A DNA stretch of 64,000 bases, taken from Polyangiaceae bacterium (GTDB lineage Bacteria; Myxococcota_A; Polyangia; Polyangiales; Polyangiaceae). Below are positions 26,631 through 35,883 of the stretch, piece after piece. The stretch covers positions 143,350 through 207,349 of the forward strand of contig JBNKBE010000003.1 in the NCBI GenBank assembly GCA_050287085.1. The letters are read 5' to 3'. Each line of letters starts with the position of its first letter. Within the stretch, counting starts at the first letter, position 1. Below the pieces are notes generated by a model, which did no database searches, was not told where the DNA came from, and worked only from the letters and a program-made list of their open reading frames with translations. A program made the position numbers and the translations under genes.

Positions 26631-27803
26631 ATGGTGGACCCTGAGCAAACGCTGCCCCAAAGCATCGGCCGCTACCAGGTCGTACGCGAGTTGGGCAAAG
26701 GGGCTATGGGACGTGTGCTGCTGGCACACGATCCGGTGTTGGAACGCCACGTCGCCATCAAACACCTGCGCGCGGATCTCAACATTGCGCCGGAGCAAAA
26801 AGCACCACTCCTCGAGCGCATGCGCCAGGAGGCCCGGGCTTCGGCGCGCATCAGTCACCCCAACCTGATCGTATTGCACGACATGGGTGAAGCCCAGGAG
26901 GTGGAGCTCTATCTCGTATTTGAATACGTGGCGGGCCCCACCCTGAAGGAGCGCTTATCCCGGGGGCCACTTGGCGCGAGTGAAGCTGCACGCCTGGCCA
27001 AACAACTCGGACGAGCACTGAGCTACGCGCACCGCGCCGGGATCGTGCACCGTGACGTCAAACCCGAAAACGTGATTCTTGCCGAGACCGGCGCGAAGGT
27101 CGCAGACTTCGGCATCGCGCGGGTCCCTGATTCGACGCTGACGCTTGGCGGGGGAGTGCTCGGCACGCCAGCCTACAGCGCTCCGGAAGCTCTTCGAGGG
27201 AGCAAGTTTTCCCCTCGCAGCGACCAATTCTCGATGGCAGCAACCCTGTACGAGGCCATCTCTGGACACCGGGCCTTCCCGGGCGACGACGCCATGGCCG
27301 TAGCGTCTCTGATCACAACGGATGAACCGCCTCCGATCGCGGCCCTGTGCAACCTCCCAGTACAGGTCGACGTCGTGCTCGCCCGAGCCCTGTCCAAGCA
27401 CCCGAAGTCACGCTTCGACGACTGCGGGCGCTTCGGTCACGCGCTGGCTGAGGCGCTGGACGGCAATCCGCGCGCGCCAATGCCCACGGTCCCGGACTTC
27501 TACCACCAGCCGCGCTCGCGTGTCCCCACGCTGCTGATGGGCGCAAGTGCAGGATTGCTCTGCGCCGCGGGCACATGGTTCGCCCTCCAGACATTTCAGA
27601 CACCCCTGGGTGGCACGCAGAGCGCAGGGCGCGAGCGTGCCACCCCCTTTGACGAGGAGGACCCCGCCGCGGTCGCTTGGCTTCGTGAGAGCCCAGCGCG
27701 CAAGACCCGGGATCCGGCTGGTGCCGATCCGAGTGAAGACGATGAGCGCCCGGCGCGGCCGGACGTGCCCGCCGCGCCTTCAACGGACAAGGCCAATCGG
27801 TGA
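26631..27803 (+). CDS. Hanks-type Ser/Thr protein kinase with TM
   Basis: GKGAMG, VAIK, HRDVKPEN, DFG, GTPAYSAPE; C-terminal hydrophobic segment. Confidence 0.95.
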   Translation: MVDPEQTLPQSIGRYQVVRELGKGAMGRVLLAHDPVLERHVAIKHLRADLNIAPEQKAPLLERMRQEARASARISHPNLIVLHDMGEAQEVELYLVFEYVAGPTLKERLSRGPLGASEAARLAKQLGRALSYAHRAGIVHRDVKPENVILAETGAKVADFGIARVPDSTLTLGGGVLGTPAYSAPEALRGSKFSPRSDQFSMAATLYEAISGHRAFPGDDAMAVASLITTDEPPPIAALCNLPVQVDVVLARALSKHPKSRFDDCGRFGHALAEALDGNPRAPMPTVPDFYHQPRSRVPTLLMGASAGLLCAAGTWFALQTFQTPLGGTQSAGRERATPFDEEDPAAVAWLRESPARKTRDPAGADPSEDDERPARPDVPAAPSTDKANR

Positions 27804-28768
27804 CTTCGAGCACACCCCGCAAGGTCGCGGCGGTGCCGTCGTGTGTCCGGCCTCCGTCTGCTGGAGCGCACGCGGCCTGGCTGCTCGTGGCCGCAGCAGC
27901 CTTGGTGGTGACCGTGACAAGCCCGCACCCCGTCGCACGGGCCCAGATTGGCAACCTGCACTCAGTGCCGACCAGCGAGCGGTGGCTCAGACTCCCGGCG
28001 CCCGCACTACACGACACGGCACGTTTTGCCGCCGGCACCTTCAAGATGGGCTCAACCCCCGATGACGTCATCGCGGCCTACGCCGACTGCACGCGCGAAC
28101 CCCTCAAGCAGTGGTGCGATCCGAGTCAATTCACCGATGAAACGCCGGTGCGACACATCCGACTGAGCGCCTTCGAACTCCAACTCTTCGAGGTTTCCGC
28201 CGAGCTCTATGATCGCTGCGTGCGCGCCGGACGTTGCCGCCCTCAGCTTTACACAGCCCACACGCGCGCCGCCAACCCGCTATGGCCCGCCACCGGGGTG
28301 AGTTGGTACGACGCCCGGGACTACTGCGCCTTTCATGGCATGCGACTCCCCACCGAGGCGGAATTTGAGCGGGCCGCACGCGGGACCGCAGGCCGCAAGT
28401 ATCCGTGGGGCGAGCTCTACAACCAGCGGGTCGTCAATCACGGGCGACTCGCCACCGAGACAAGAAGCGACAGCGACGGCTATCTCACTCTCGCCCCCAT
28501 TGACGCGTTGCCCGAGGGCAGATCCCCTGAAGGCCTCCACCACTTGGTCGGCAACGTCGCGGAGTGGACCTGGGATCGCTACGCTGCCACGTACGCCCGC
28601 GAGGACGTCACCGACCCCCAGGGCCCTCACGGACCGAATGCCCCCGAGGAGCGCACGTTGCGAGGCGGTCACTACGAAAGCCCCGCCAGCGATCTGCGCG
28701 CCGCCACGCGCTTTTCGGCCAAGCCAGACGAGCGACGTCCCACGTTTGGCTTTCGCTGCGCGCGTTGA
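27800..28768 (+). CDS. Secreted FGE-sulfatase (SUMF1/C-type lectin fold) domain protein
   Basis: FKMGS, DETP, VSWYDA..YC, RLPTEAEFERAARG, GNVAEW, RGG, GFRC. Confidence 0.9.
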   Translation: MTSSTPRKVAAVPSCVRPPSAGAHAAWLLVAAAALVVTVTSPHPVARAQIGNLHSVPTSERWLRLPAPALHDTARFAAGTFKMGSTPDDVIAAYADCTREPLKQWCDPSQFTDETPVRHIRLSAFELQLFEVSAELYDRCVRAGRCRPQLYTAHTRAANPLWPATGVSWYDARDYCAFHGMRLPTEAEFERAARGTAGRKYPWGELYNQRVVNHGRLATETRSDSDGYLTLAPIDALPEGRSPEGLHHLVGNVAEWTWDRYAATYAREDVTDPQGPHGPNAPEERTLRGGHYESPASDLRAATRFSAKPDERRPTFGFRCAR

Positions 28769-28783
28769 GTATGCTGCCGCGTC

Positions 28784-29371
28784 ATGCTCGAGCTCCCCGT
28801 TTGCCGGGCCACGCGCTTCGTGTTGGTTGGCCCCCACTACCCGGAAAACGTCGGCGCCGCGGCCCGCGCTATGAAGACGATGGGGCTCAGGCATCTGATT
28901 CTAGTGCAGCCCGGGCGCCTAGCGCGACCCGAGCATCCGATGGCTAGAAAGATGGCCGTAAAGGCCTGGGACGTCCTCGAAAATGCAACTCTGCTGCCCA
29001 GCGTCTCGGAAGCCCTGCGCGGCGTTGACGTCACCTTCGCCACAACCTCCCGCCGTGGCCAGCGCGGGACGTACAGTTGCCGGGAGGCTGCCACCATCGC
29101 CCAGCGGGAGGCCGCCGCGGGAAAGCAGCTCGCGGTCCTCTTTGGCAATGAGAAGACAGGCCTGACCCGTCACGATCTGGCGCTCGTACAATACGGCCTG
29201 CGCATTCCCATGGCGGCACAGCAGCCATCGCTGAACCTGGCGCAATGCTGCCAGGTGGTCGGCTACGAGTGGTTCTCGGTCGGTCTGGAACAACGCAGAA
29301 GTGGCACAAGCCAAGACGCAGCCCCCAACCCAGGACTCGCCGCGACACACCCCCCGAGCCGTTCGCCATGA
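28784..29371 (+). CDS. trmJ: TrmJ/LasT-family SPOUT RNA methyltransferase (short form)
   Basis: VLVGPHYPENVGAAARAMKTMG, LFGNEKTGL, SLNLAQ. Confidence 0.8.
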   Translation: MLELPVCRATRFVLVGPHYPENVGAAARAMKTMGLRHLILVQPGRLARPEHPMARKMAVKAWDVLENATLLPSVSEALRGVDVTFATTSRRGQRGTYSCREAATIAQREAAAGKQLAVLFGNEKTGLTRHDLALVQYGLRIPMAAQQPSLNLAQCCQVVGYEWFSVGLEQRRSGTSQDAAPNPGLAATHPPSRSP

Positions 29372-30564
29372 AACACCAGGGACCAGAAGCGCCCGCGCGA
29401 TCGCCTGCAGCGCGGCGCGGAACTCGCCTTGGGCGCCGCTGGATAGGGTGGGCGTTTGCCTTGCAAGCGCTGGCCTGCATGGCCGCGCCCCCCGCCGAAT
29501 TCACGGCAGCCACGCGCGCCGCCGAAGCAGCCCGACTCCGAGGTTACCCGCGCCTCGCGGCCGAGCAGTGGGACCGGGCAGCTCAGAGCGCGGACGCGCC
29601 GAATGATCGCGACGAAGCCCGCTATCGCGCTGCCCAGATGTACCTCAAGGCGGGAGACACCCCGCGGGCCCGGAGCCGCCTACGCGCCCTAGCCCAGAAG
29701 CCGGCCGGGGCTCGCACCGCGCGCGCCGCCTTTGAGCTCGCCTACCTCGAACGCGCGCAGGGCCACCGAGCTGGCATTGCAGAGCTGGAAGCCTGCGTGA
29801 AGCGCTTTCCGGACTCCGGTCTGACGACACGAGCCTTGCGCGAACTCGCCCGGCACTATCGCGAAGAAGGCGATCCGCTGCAAGCCGCCGAGCGGCTCAA
29901 GCAGTTCAGCACCGGGCGCAACCGAGCGGACGAATTGTCTCGTTTCTTGCGGGCTGAGCTGCTCGAAGCAGCTGGACAGACGGAAGCGGCGCTGACGACC
30001 TACCTGGAACTCGCCCGACGCTACCCCTACCCGCGGGGCGCCTATTGGGACGACGCGATGCTGAACGCCGCTGCCGTGGCGCAACAGACGCACCAGTACA
30101 AGCGAGCTCTCTCCGTGCTTGATGAGCTTCTGGCCCGACGCGAAAGCGCAACCTGGGTGGGAAGCTATGAACGGCGGTACGCCGAAGCCGAGTTGGCACG
30201 CGCCAAGCTACTGCTAGGCGGAAGCCCCGGCGACCAACAACATGCCCTGGAACGACTCGAAGCCATACCGAGTCAATATCCGACGAGCCGTCTGCGGGAC
30301 GACGCGCTGTGGCTGGCGGCGCGCGTTGGGCGAGCTCGCGGTGAATCGGAGCGAGCTTGTCGCTCGCTCCGCCGCATTGCTGAACTCACCCCGGAGTCGC
30401 GTTACCTCAGCTGCTTCTCTTGGCTTTGCCCCTGTCAAGGAGCCGCCAACTCAGCCACCCATTGCTGGGTGCCTGCTGTCAAACCGTGCTCGAACGCCAT
30501 CGTTCACGAGCTCAGCCAGCCACTGGTTTCAGCCAGCCGCCAGCCGGACTCCGCTGCTCGTTGA
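29368..30564 (+). CDS. TPR lipoprotein (YfiO/BamD-like repeats)
   Basis: ATGA overlap; lipobox-like ALAC; repeats EARYRAA, RFPDS, YPTSRLRDDALWLAA; Cys-rich C-terminus. Confidence 0.75.
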   Translation: MKHQGPEAPARSPAARRGTRLGRRWIGWAFALQALACMAAPPAEFTAATRAAEAARLRGYPRLAAEQWDRAAQSADAPNDRDEARYRAAQMYLKAGDTPRARSRLRALAQKPAGARTARAAFELAYLERAQGHRAGIAELEACVKRFPDSGLTTRALRELARHYREEGDPLQAAERLKQFSTGRNRADELSRFLRAELLEAAGQTEAALTTYLELARRYPYPRGAYWDDAMLNAAAVAQQTHQYKRALSVLDELLARRESATWVGSYERRYAEAELARAKLLLGGSPGDQQHALERLEAIPSQYPTSRLRDDALWLAARVGRARGESERACRSLRRIAELTPESRYLSCFSWLCPCQGAANSATHCWVPAVKPCSNAIVHELSQPLVSASRQPDSAAR

Positions 30565-30658
30565 CACGAGCCATCGCTTCGACCCAACCGACGCCCACGG
30601 CTTCAACCAAGCGCCCGTCGGTGCAAACGCCCAGCGCCCCGACGCGCCCAGCGCGGGC

Positions 30659-31066
30659 TCAGTCGTCGTCATCGTCGAGTACCGGGTCATCGAACTCTAC
30701 GTCCGGATCACCCGTCTCGTCGATATCCTCTTCTTCTTCCTCTTCCTCTTCTTCCTCGTCGTCCTCGTCGTCGTCGTCCCCCATCTCTTTGAGGTCGAAC
30801 TTGAGGTCGATCCGCAACTCAGCAAGCTGAGTTTCGAGCAACTCCAAGAGCTCATCAACGTCGTCGCCACTCCACTCGTCGAGGACGTCCGTTAAATGCT
30901 CATAGAAATCAGCGCTGTCCAGGCGACGCTCGATCTCTTCGACCTGCTCCTCGCCGAACGCCTCGTAGATTTCCTCACGGAGGGCGTCCATGTCGCCCTC
31001 CTCAACCGCCTCCTGGGCGGCGACCCGAATCTGCCGGGTGGCGCGCCGATCGAGGTATATTTCCAT
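30659..31066 (-). CDS. Highly acidic hypothetical protein
   Basis: GAGGAG RBS; about 45% Asp+Glu by hand count; poly-D/E tail. Confidence 0.8.
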   Translation of the reverse strand: MEIYLDRRATRQIRVAAQEAVEEGDMDALREEIYEAFGEEQVEEIERRLDSADFYEHLTDVLDEWSGDDVDELLELLETQLAELRIDLKFDLKEMGDDDDEDDEEEEEEEEEEDIDETGDPDVEFDDPVLDDDDD

Positions 31067-31193
31067 CTTCGTCGGTACTCCTCGAGAATCCTGATGGCGT
31101 TTAGACAGACGGTGATTGCGGCGTCAAGAGCCGTTGCAGCCGTCGCGCTGAGCCTCGGGCGACCGGCAGGACTGGAGTGAAGTGGCGAGCATT

Positions 31194-31211
31194 GGTATTC
31201 GCACGAATACC
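31194..31211. promoter_or_regulatory. Palindrome GGTATTCG-CA-CGAATACC, candidate operator
   Basis: Perfect 8-bp inverted repeat in a divergent intergenic region. Confidence 0.4.
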
Positions 31212-31282
31212 CAGCTTTAATGCGTTGAGGGACTGTCGAGGGCAATCCCGAGGCGAGGCCTCATACCCGAAAGCATCAAACC

Positions 31283-32383
31283 GTGAACTGCGAGCGCTGC
31301 GGCGGGGACAACCCGGACCAAATCACTTTCTGTCGGCATTGTGGCAATCGTCTAGCGGCGGGAGCGTTGTCATCGCGTCCTAACCCCGCGCCGCCCGCGG
31401 CGACGACGCTTTGCCTGCGCTGTGGAGCGGAAAACGCAGCGAAGCTGCGCTACTGCGGCACCTGCGGCACAACCCTAGAGCGCAGCGCTGAGGGTGGCGC
31501 CCAAGCACCGGCCGCCACCGCGGCGGAAGTGCTCCGCGCGCCTGCGGGTGGAGCTAGCACCGAAGCCAATAGAACAGCGCTCTCGGCTCAGAAGCGACCG
31601 AGCCCGGCGGGCGCTGTGCCCGCCGCGCAGGTGGCCAATCGAAGCTGCTGGCGCTGCCACGCGGAAGTTGGGTCCCGCGCAGCGTTCTGTCAGGAATGCG
31701 GAGCCGACTTGCGAAGTGGTTCCGCCACCGCGCCGCCGCCCGCGAGACTGATCGTCATCGCCCAGGACGGAACACCAGGAAGAGAGTACCCGATCGAAGG
31801 CGGAACACTCGAAATCGGTCGCGAGAGTGGACACATCGTCCTCAGAGAAGACCCCTATGTCTGCCCCAACCATGCACGCATCTTCTTTGACGCAGGGCGC
31901 TTTCAGCTCCGCAATCAAAGCGCCGTCAACGGTGTGTATGTGCGTCTGACCGCCACGACGCCACTGCAGGACGGGGATCTGGTTCTGGCGGGTTTACAGG
32001 TGCTAAGATTCGAGACCGTGCCCACCAACGAGCAAAACCTGGGCCAGGCCGTCGAAAATGGGACCCGCGTCTTCGGCTCCCCTGCCGCCCCGCGACTTGC
32101 AAGGCTGGTCCAGCGCACCGTTGAGGGTGGAAGTCGCAACATATTCTACATCCATAAGACCGAAACGACGGTCGGCCGTGAAACAGGAGATATCGTATTC
32201 ACGGAGGATCCGTTCATGAGTCGGCAACACGCCATGATCAGTCAGGTCAGCCAGGGCGCCTTCACCCTCAGCGATCTAAACTCGTCCAATGGCACATTCC
32301 TCGGCCTCCGAGGAGACCGCACGCTAAACGATGGCGACCAGTTGCGCATCGGGCAGCATCTATTTCAACTCCGCATTGGCTAG
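31283..32383 (+). CDS. Zinc-ribbon (3x C4) + two FHA domains
   Basis: CERC/CRHC, CLRC/CGTC, CWRC/CQEC; FHA motifs IGRES..VCPNHA..VNG and VGRET..MSRQHA..SSNGT. Confidence 0.9.
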   Translation: MNCERCGGDNPDQITFCRHCGNRLAAGALSSRPNPAPPAATTLCLRCGAENAAKLRYCGTCGTTLERSAEGGAQAPAATAAEVLRAPAGGASTEANRTALSAQKRPSPAGAVPAAQVANRSCWRCHAEVGSRAAFCQECGADLRSGSATAPPPARLIVIAQDGTPGREYPIEGGTLEIGRESGHIVLREDPYVCPNHARIFFDAGRFQLRNQSAVNGVYVRLTATTPLQDGDLVLAGLQVLRFETVPTNEQNLGQAVENGTRVFGSPAAPRLARLVQRTVEGGSRNIFYIHKTETTVGRETGDIVFTEDPFMSRQHAMISQVSQGAFTLSDLNSSNGTFLGLRGDRTLNDGDQLRIGQHLFQLRIG

Positions 32384-32440
32384 CCCATGACAAGCTCGCC
32401 TATGATGCACTCTACCGCGGGCCCCTCCCGCTAGGCCCAC

Positions 32441-33613
32441 ATGAGTGAAAGCAGCGACACAGCGACCGCCGGCGGTCAGATCCGCGCACTTCTGTTTGGT
32501 CGTACTGACGTTGGGCAAATCCGCGAGCACAACGAAGACAACTTCCTGATAGCGGATCTCACGGAACAGAGCCGAAAACTACGGCTTGAGGACCGCGATC
32601 GTCTCATCAGCGCCAAGGGCAACGTATTCGGTGTCTGCGATGGTATGGGAGGAGCGGCAGCGGGCGAGGTCGCCAGTCAGATGGCTGTCGATCTCATCTA
32701 TGAGCACTTGATCGCTCAGCCAGCGCCGGAAAGCGCTGACGTATTCGCCGCAAGCGTGGTCCGGGCGGTAGAGGAAGCCGGACTGAAGATCTACCACGAA
32801 GCGCGCGCGGACCGCTCGCGCCGTGGCATGGGCACAACGGCCACAATCGCAGCGGTGCTTGGCCCACGCCTGTTTGTGGCTCAGGTAGGCGACAGTCGCG
32901 CCTACCTGCTGCGCGGGAACAACCTGGTGCAGGTCACGCGGGATCAAAGTCTCGTCAACCAACTGATCGAAGCCGGCCAACTGACGGAAGAAGAGGCCGA
33001 GACCTTCGAGCACAACAACATCATTCTGCAGGCACTCGGCACGGCCGAAACAGTCCAGGTCGACGTGACTACAGTCGAACTCCGACGGGACGATGTCCTG
33101 ATGGTGTGCTCCGACGGTCTGAGTGGCATGGTGCGAAGCCCAGATCTCCGCGAGGTATTGCTTCGCGTGCCCGATCCGGTCGAAGCCTGCAAGGAGCTCA
33201 CGGCGCTGGCCAACGCAGCTGGCGGCCACGACAACATCACCGTCATCGTCGTACGCTTCTCAGGTGACGGGTTGGCCGAGTCCGCGCCCACCGAAGGAGT
33301 GCCCTTCGAGAAGTATGCTCCGGGCAGGGAGCGGCTCACAGAAACGGTTCGTTACCGGGTCGGTGCCGACGCGGAGACGCTGCAAGCCGCTCCCCCGAGC
33401 GAAGAAGCGGCCCGAGAGACACGCGAGCTCAGAGTGAGTCATACAATGGTTGGAACGCTGACTCCCGACCTGAGCGAGCTAGAGCTTTCTTCGCTACCAG
33501 GGAGTCGCGATGAGACGACGCCGCGCGGCGGGCTCCCGCCTTGGGCGGTCCTGGCGGTTGTCATCACCGGTCTGACGCTGATCGGAGTACTCGCGGTCGT
33601 GCTGCTACGCTAA
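32441..33613 (+). CDS. PP2C (Stp1/PrpC-type) Ser/Thr phosphatase with C-terminal TM
   Basis: TDVG.IREHNED, VCDGMGG, GMGTT, VGDSRAY, CSDGL, GGHDNIT. Confidence 0.95.
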   Translation: MSESSDTATAGGQIRALLFGRTDVGQIREHNEDNFLIADLTEQSRKLRLEDRDRLISAKGNVFGVCDGMGGAAAGEVASQMAVDLIYEHLIAQPAPESADVFAASVVRAVEEAGLKIYHEARADRSRRGMGTTATIAAVLGPRLFVAQVGDSRAYLLRGNNLVQVTRDQSLVNQLIEAGQLTEEEAETFEHNNIILQALGTAETVQVDVTTVELRRDDVLMVCSDGLSGMVRSPDLREVLLRVPDPVEACKELTALANAAGGHDNITVIVVRFSGDGLAESAPTEGVPFEKYAPGRERLTETVRYRVGADAETLQAAPPSEEAARETRELRVSHTMVGTLTPDLSELELSSLPGSRDETTPRGGLPPWAVLAVVITGLTLIGVLAVVLLR

Positions 33614-33673
33614 CTAACGCCCGGTGCGCAACAGCCGCGCCGATCCGACGGTATCTGCAAAGGGCCCAAACGC

Positions 33674-35107
33674 TTGGCGCGCCGCATCCTCTGGTTTCTC
33701 CCGACGCTTCTCGCTGTCACCGTCATCGCCTTCGCAGGGATCAGTGCGGCTTTCGGAGCCGCTCAGAAGCAGCTCCCGCTGTTTCTCAATCTGCACCCCG
33801 AGGACGTCGATACCAAGAGCTGGGCCCTCGCACGGCAGCTTGCTGAAGGAGAGTCGTCCCGCGCGCGTGACGAACTAAACCGGCTGGGTGCGGCTGCACT
33901 CCCCACCTTATTACCCCGCCTCGACCAACTCTCCCCGCGAAGCCGGCGGCGGGTGGCTCTGGCCCTGGCGCCGATGGCGAAGCGCATGGAGCTCGAGCTC
34001 CCAAGTGATCTTGGTGAGGAAAACGCCCTCCGCTATTGGCGCAGCTTCTGGGACCAGCACGCGGTCGACTTCGAATCCGTGGCGATCCGTCGCCTCGTGA
34101 CCCGCTTCGTAGAGCGCAGCAGCCCCCAACGCGAGCACGAGCTCTACCAGCTGGACACCGCCGCGTTGCCGGAACTCATGACGCAGCTCGATGCGAGAAG
34201 CACGAGCTACGCTGCAATCGCGGCCATATCACGGGTGCTCACCCACATCACAGGTACAAGCCCCCAGGCGACGACGATGGACGAGGACGGCGCAGCGCGG
34301 ACCGTAGCCTTCTGGCAGATGTGGTGGGGAGCCCACGGCAGCAACTACACCAACCCGCAGGGTTTCGAACGCCTGCTCGCCCCGCTGCTCAACACCCAAT
34401 ACGCGCATTGGGCCCGAGACGCCGCGCGCACGCGCTTTGGGACCACGCGAAGCGGCGAGCCAGCGTTGAGTGCGTTCGCCCGCGTGGTGCCGACGTCGCT
34501 CATGCTGTTTCTCTTCGCAACGCTATTTGGTCCCCTCGTGGCTGCACTGCTCCTAGTGGTGGAGTCAGCGCTTGCGGAGCGAACCCGCCTACACCTCCCG
34601 GGCGTTGCGGGTCTGGGGTTCGCCATGGCGACGCTGGCGCTGTGGTCCCTTTCGCGCGGAGCAGCAGCCACCGCGCAATCCCCCTTGCTCCGAATAGCAA
34701 TCGCCCAACTTGTCGTCCTCACGGTAGCGACCGCTCTGTCACTGCGCGAGCAACGCGTGCAGCTCGCGATTCTGTCCCGAAGCCCCTTCGTCAGCACCTA
34801 CCGCCTGCTAGGCATTGGGCGCACTGGGTTAACCTGGATCCGTCTACGCCACGCGCGAGCCTTCATAGTGTCCGCCGCCACCCGTAGCGCAGCGACCTCG
34901 TTGAGCGCTGTGATGGTAGTGGAAGCAACGTTGGGAATCGACGGGCTGGGGTTTCGCTCGGTGCTCGCACTGCACCACCGCGATACCAACTGGTTGATGC
35001 TCGCGACCCTTGCGACAACAACGTTGATGGGCGTTTTGTTCTTGGCAGCCGACGCTTTCAAGCGCGCCACGGGGCTGTCACGCCTGGAAGAGCAAGACGA
35101 TTGGTGA
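33674..35107 (+). CDS. Divergent DppB/OppB-like ABC permease with large helical insertion
   Basis: RRILWFLPTLLAVTVIAF start; QYAHW..FGTT; EAA-like PFVSTYRLLGIG; VVEATLGIDGLG; RDTN. Confidence 0.65.
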   Translation: MARRILWFLPTLLAVTVIAFAGISAAFGAAQKQLPLFLNLHPEDVDTKSWALARQLAEGESSRARDELNRLGAAALPTLLPRLDQLSPRSRRRVALALAPMAKRMELELPSDLGEENALRYWRSFWDQHAVDFESVAIRRLVTRFVERSSPQREHELYQLDTAALPELMTQLDARSTSYAAIAAISRVLTHITGTSPQATTMDEDGAARTVAFWQMWWGAHGSNYTNPQGFERLLAPLLNTQYAHWARDAARTRFGTTRSGEPALSAFARVVPTSLMLFLFATLFGPLVAALLLVVESALAERTRLHLPGVAGLGFAMATLALWSLSRGAAATAQSPLLRIAIAQLVVLTVATALSLREQRVQLAILSRSPFVSTYRLLGIGRTGLTWIRLRHARAFIVSAATRSAATSLSAVMVVEATLGIDGLGFRSVLALHHRDTNWLMLATLATTTLMGVLFLAADAFKRATGLSRLEEQDDW

Positions 35108-35874
35108 CCTACCGGCGCACGCAACTGGCCTGGGCAGGCGGCGCGCTCTTGATCTGGGGGCTAGCACGCAGCGAGCTATTGCCTGTGGAGCATTGGCTCG
35201 GTCGCGTGCTGATGCAGAGCGCTCACACGCTCGAGCTTCTCGCCACTTCCGTTGGCCTGGCACTGGGTCTCGGGTGGACGCTCGGCACCGCCGCTGCACT
35301 AGGTCCAAGCGGTCTGGGAAGGGCTGTTCGACGTCTACACGAGCTTTCCGCGGTAGCCCCCGTCGTGCTCGTCCTGGGGTTGCTGAGCGAAGCCGCACCG
35401 GAGTTGTCAATGGCGCAACTCGGAGCGCTGTTCGGCCTACTGAAGGCTTTCGCCGCAGCAAGGCTTTGCCTGTCCCTCACCTCGCGAGCCAGGGAGCGCC
35501 CCTACGCGCAAGCCGCAGTGCGGCTTGGCGTCTCCAACGCACGTGCCTATGCCCGTCACGTGTGGCCGAGCGTGAGCCCCTCGCTGTCTCATACCGCCAT
35601 GGAGATCGCGATGCAGGCCCTCGCCCTGGACGGATGCCTACGATTGCTTGCCTTGGGCGCTCCTGGATCGGCGTCCTGGGGCGGCGCGGTAGGTGCTCTG
35701 CTGCGGGAGCCGAACGCGAGTTTTGGCCAATGGCTCTTGCCCCTCGCCGGAGTCGCGCTGACTGCTTACGCCGTTGCTATCCTGACTCAAGGCAAGTCTC
35801 CCAGGGGCTACCGGAGACTCGTCGGCGCGCAGCAACACGTTTCTATCCTCGCACTGCCCACAAAGTTCCAATAG
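35101..35874 (+). CDS. Divergent DppC/OppC-like ABC permease
   Basis: EAA-like RPYAQAAVRLGVS..RHVWP; LGAPGSASWG; several TM. Confidence 0.7.
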   Translation: MVTYRRTQLAWAGGALLIWGLARSELLPVEHWLGRVLMQSAHTLELLATSVGLALGLGWTLGTAAALGPSGLGRAVRRLHELSAVAPVVLVLGLLSEAAPELSMAQLGALFGLLKAFAAARLCLSLTSRARERPYAQAAVRLGVSNARAYARHVWPSVSPSLSHTAMEIAMQALALDGCLRLLALGAPGSASWGGAVGALLREPNASFGQWLLPLAGVALTAYAVAILTQGKSPRGYRRLVGAQQHVSILALPTKFQ

Positions 35875-35883
35875 GATTGGCTC

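Noticed and set aside
27800..28768. Diversity-generating retroelement target (C-type lectin fold) or true formylglycine-generating enzyme
   Set aside because: No reverse transcriptase or template repeat seen in the window; the catalytic Cys pair is absent.
30420..30830. Poly-Ser ORF
   Set aside because: It is the antisense reading of the GAA/GAC-rich acidic gene.
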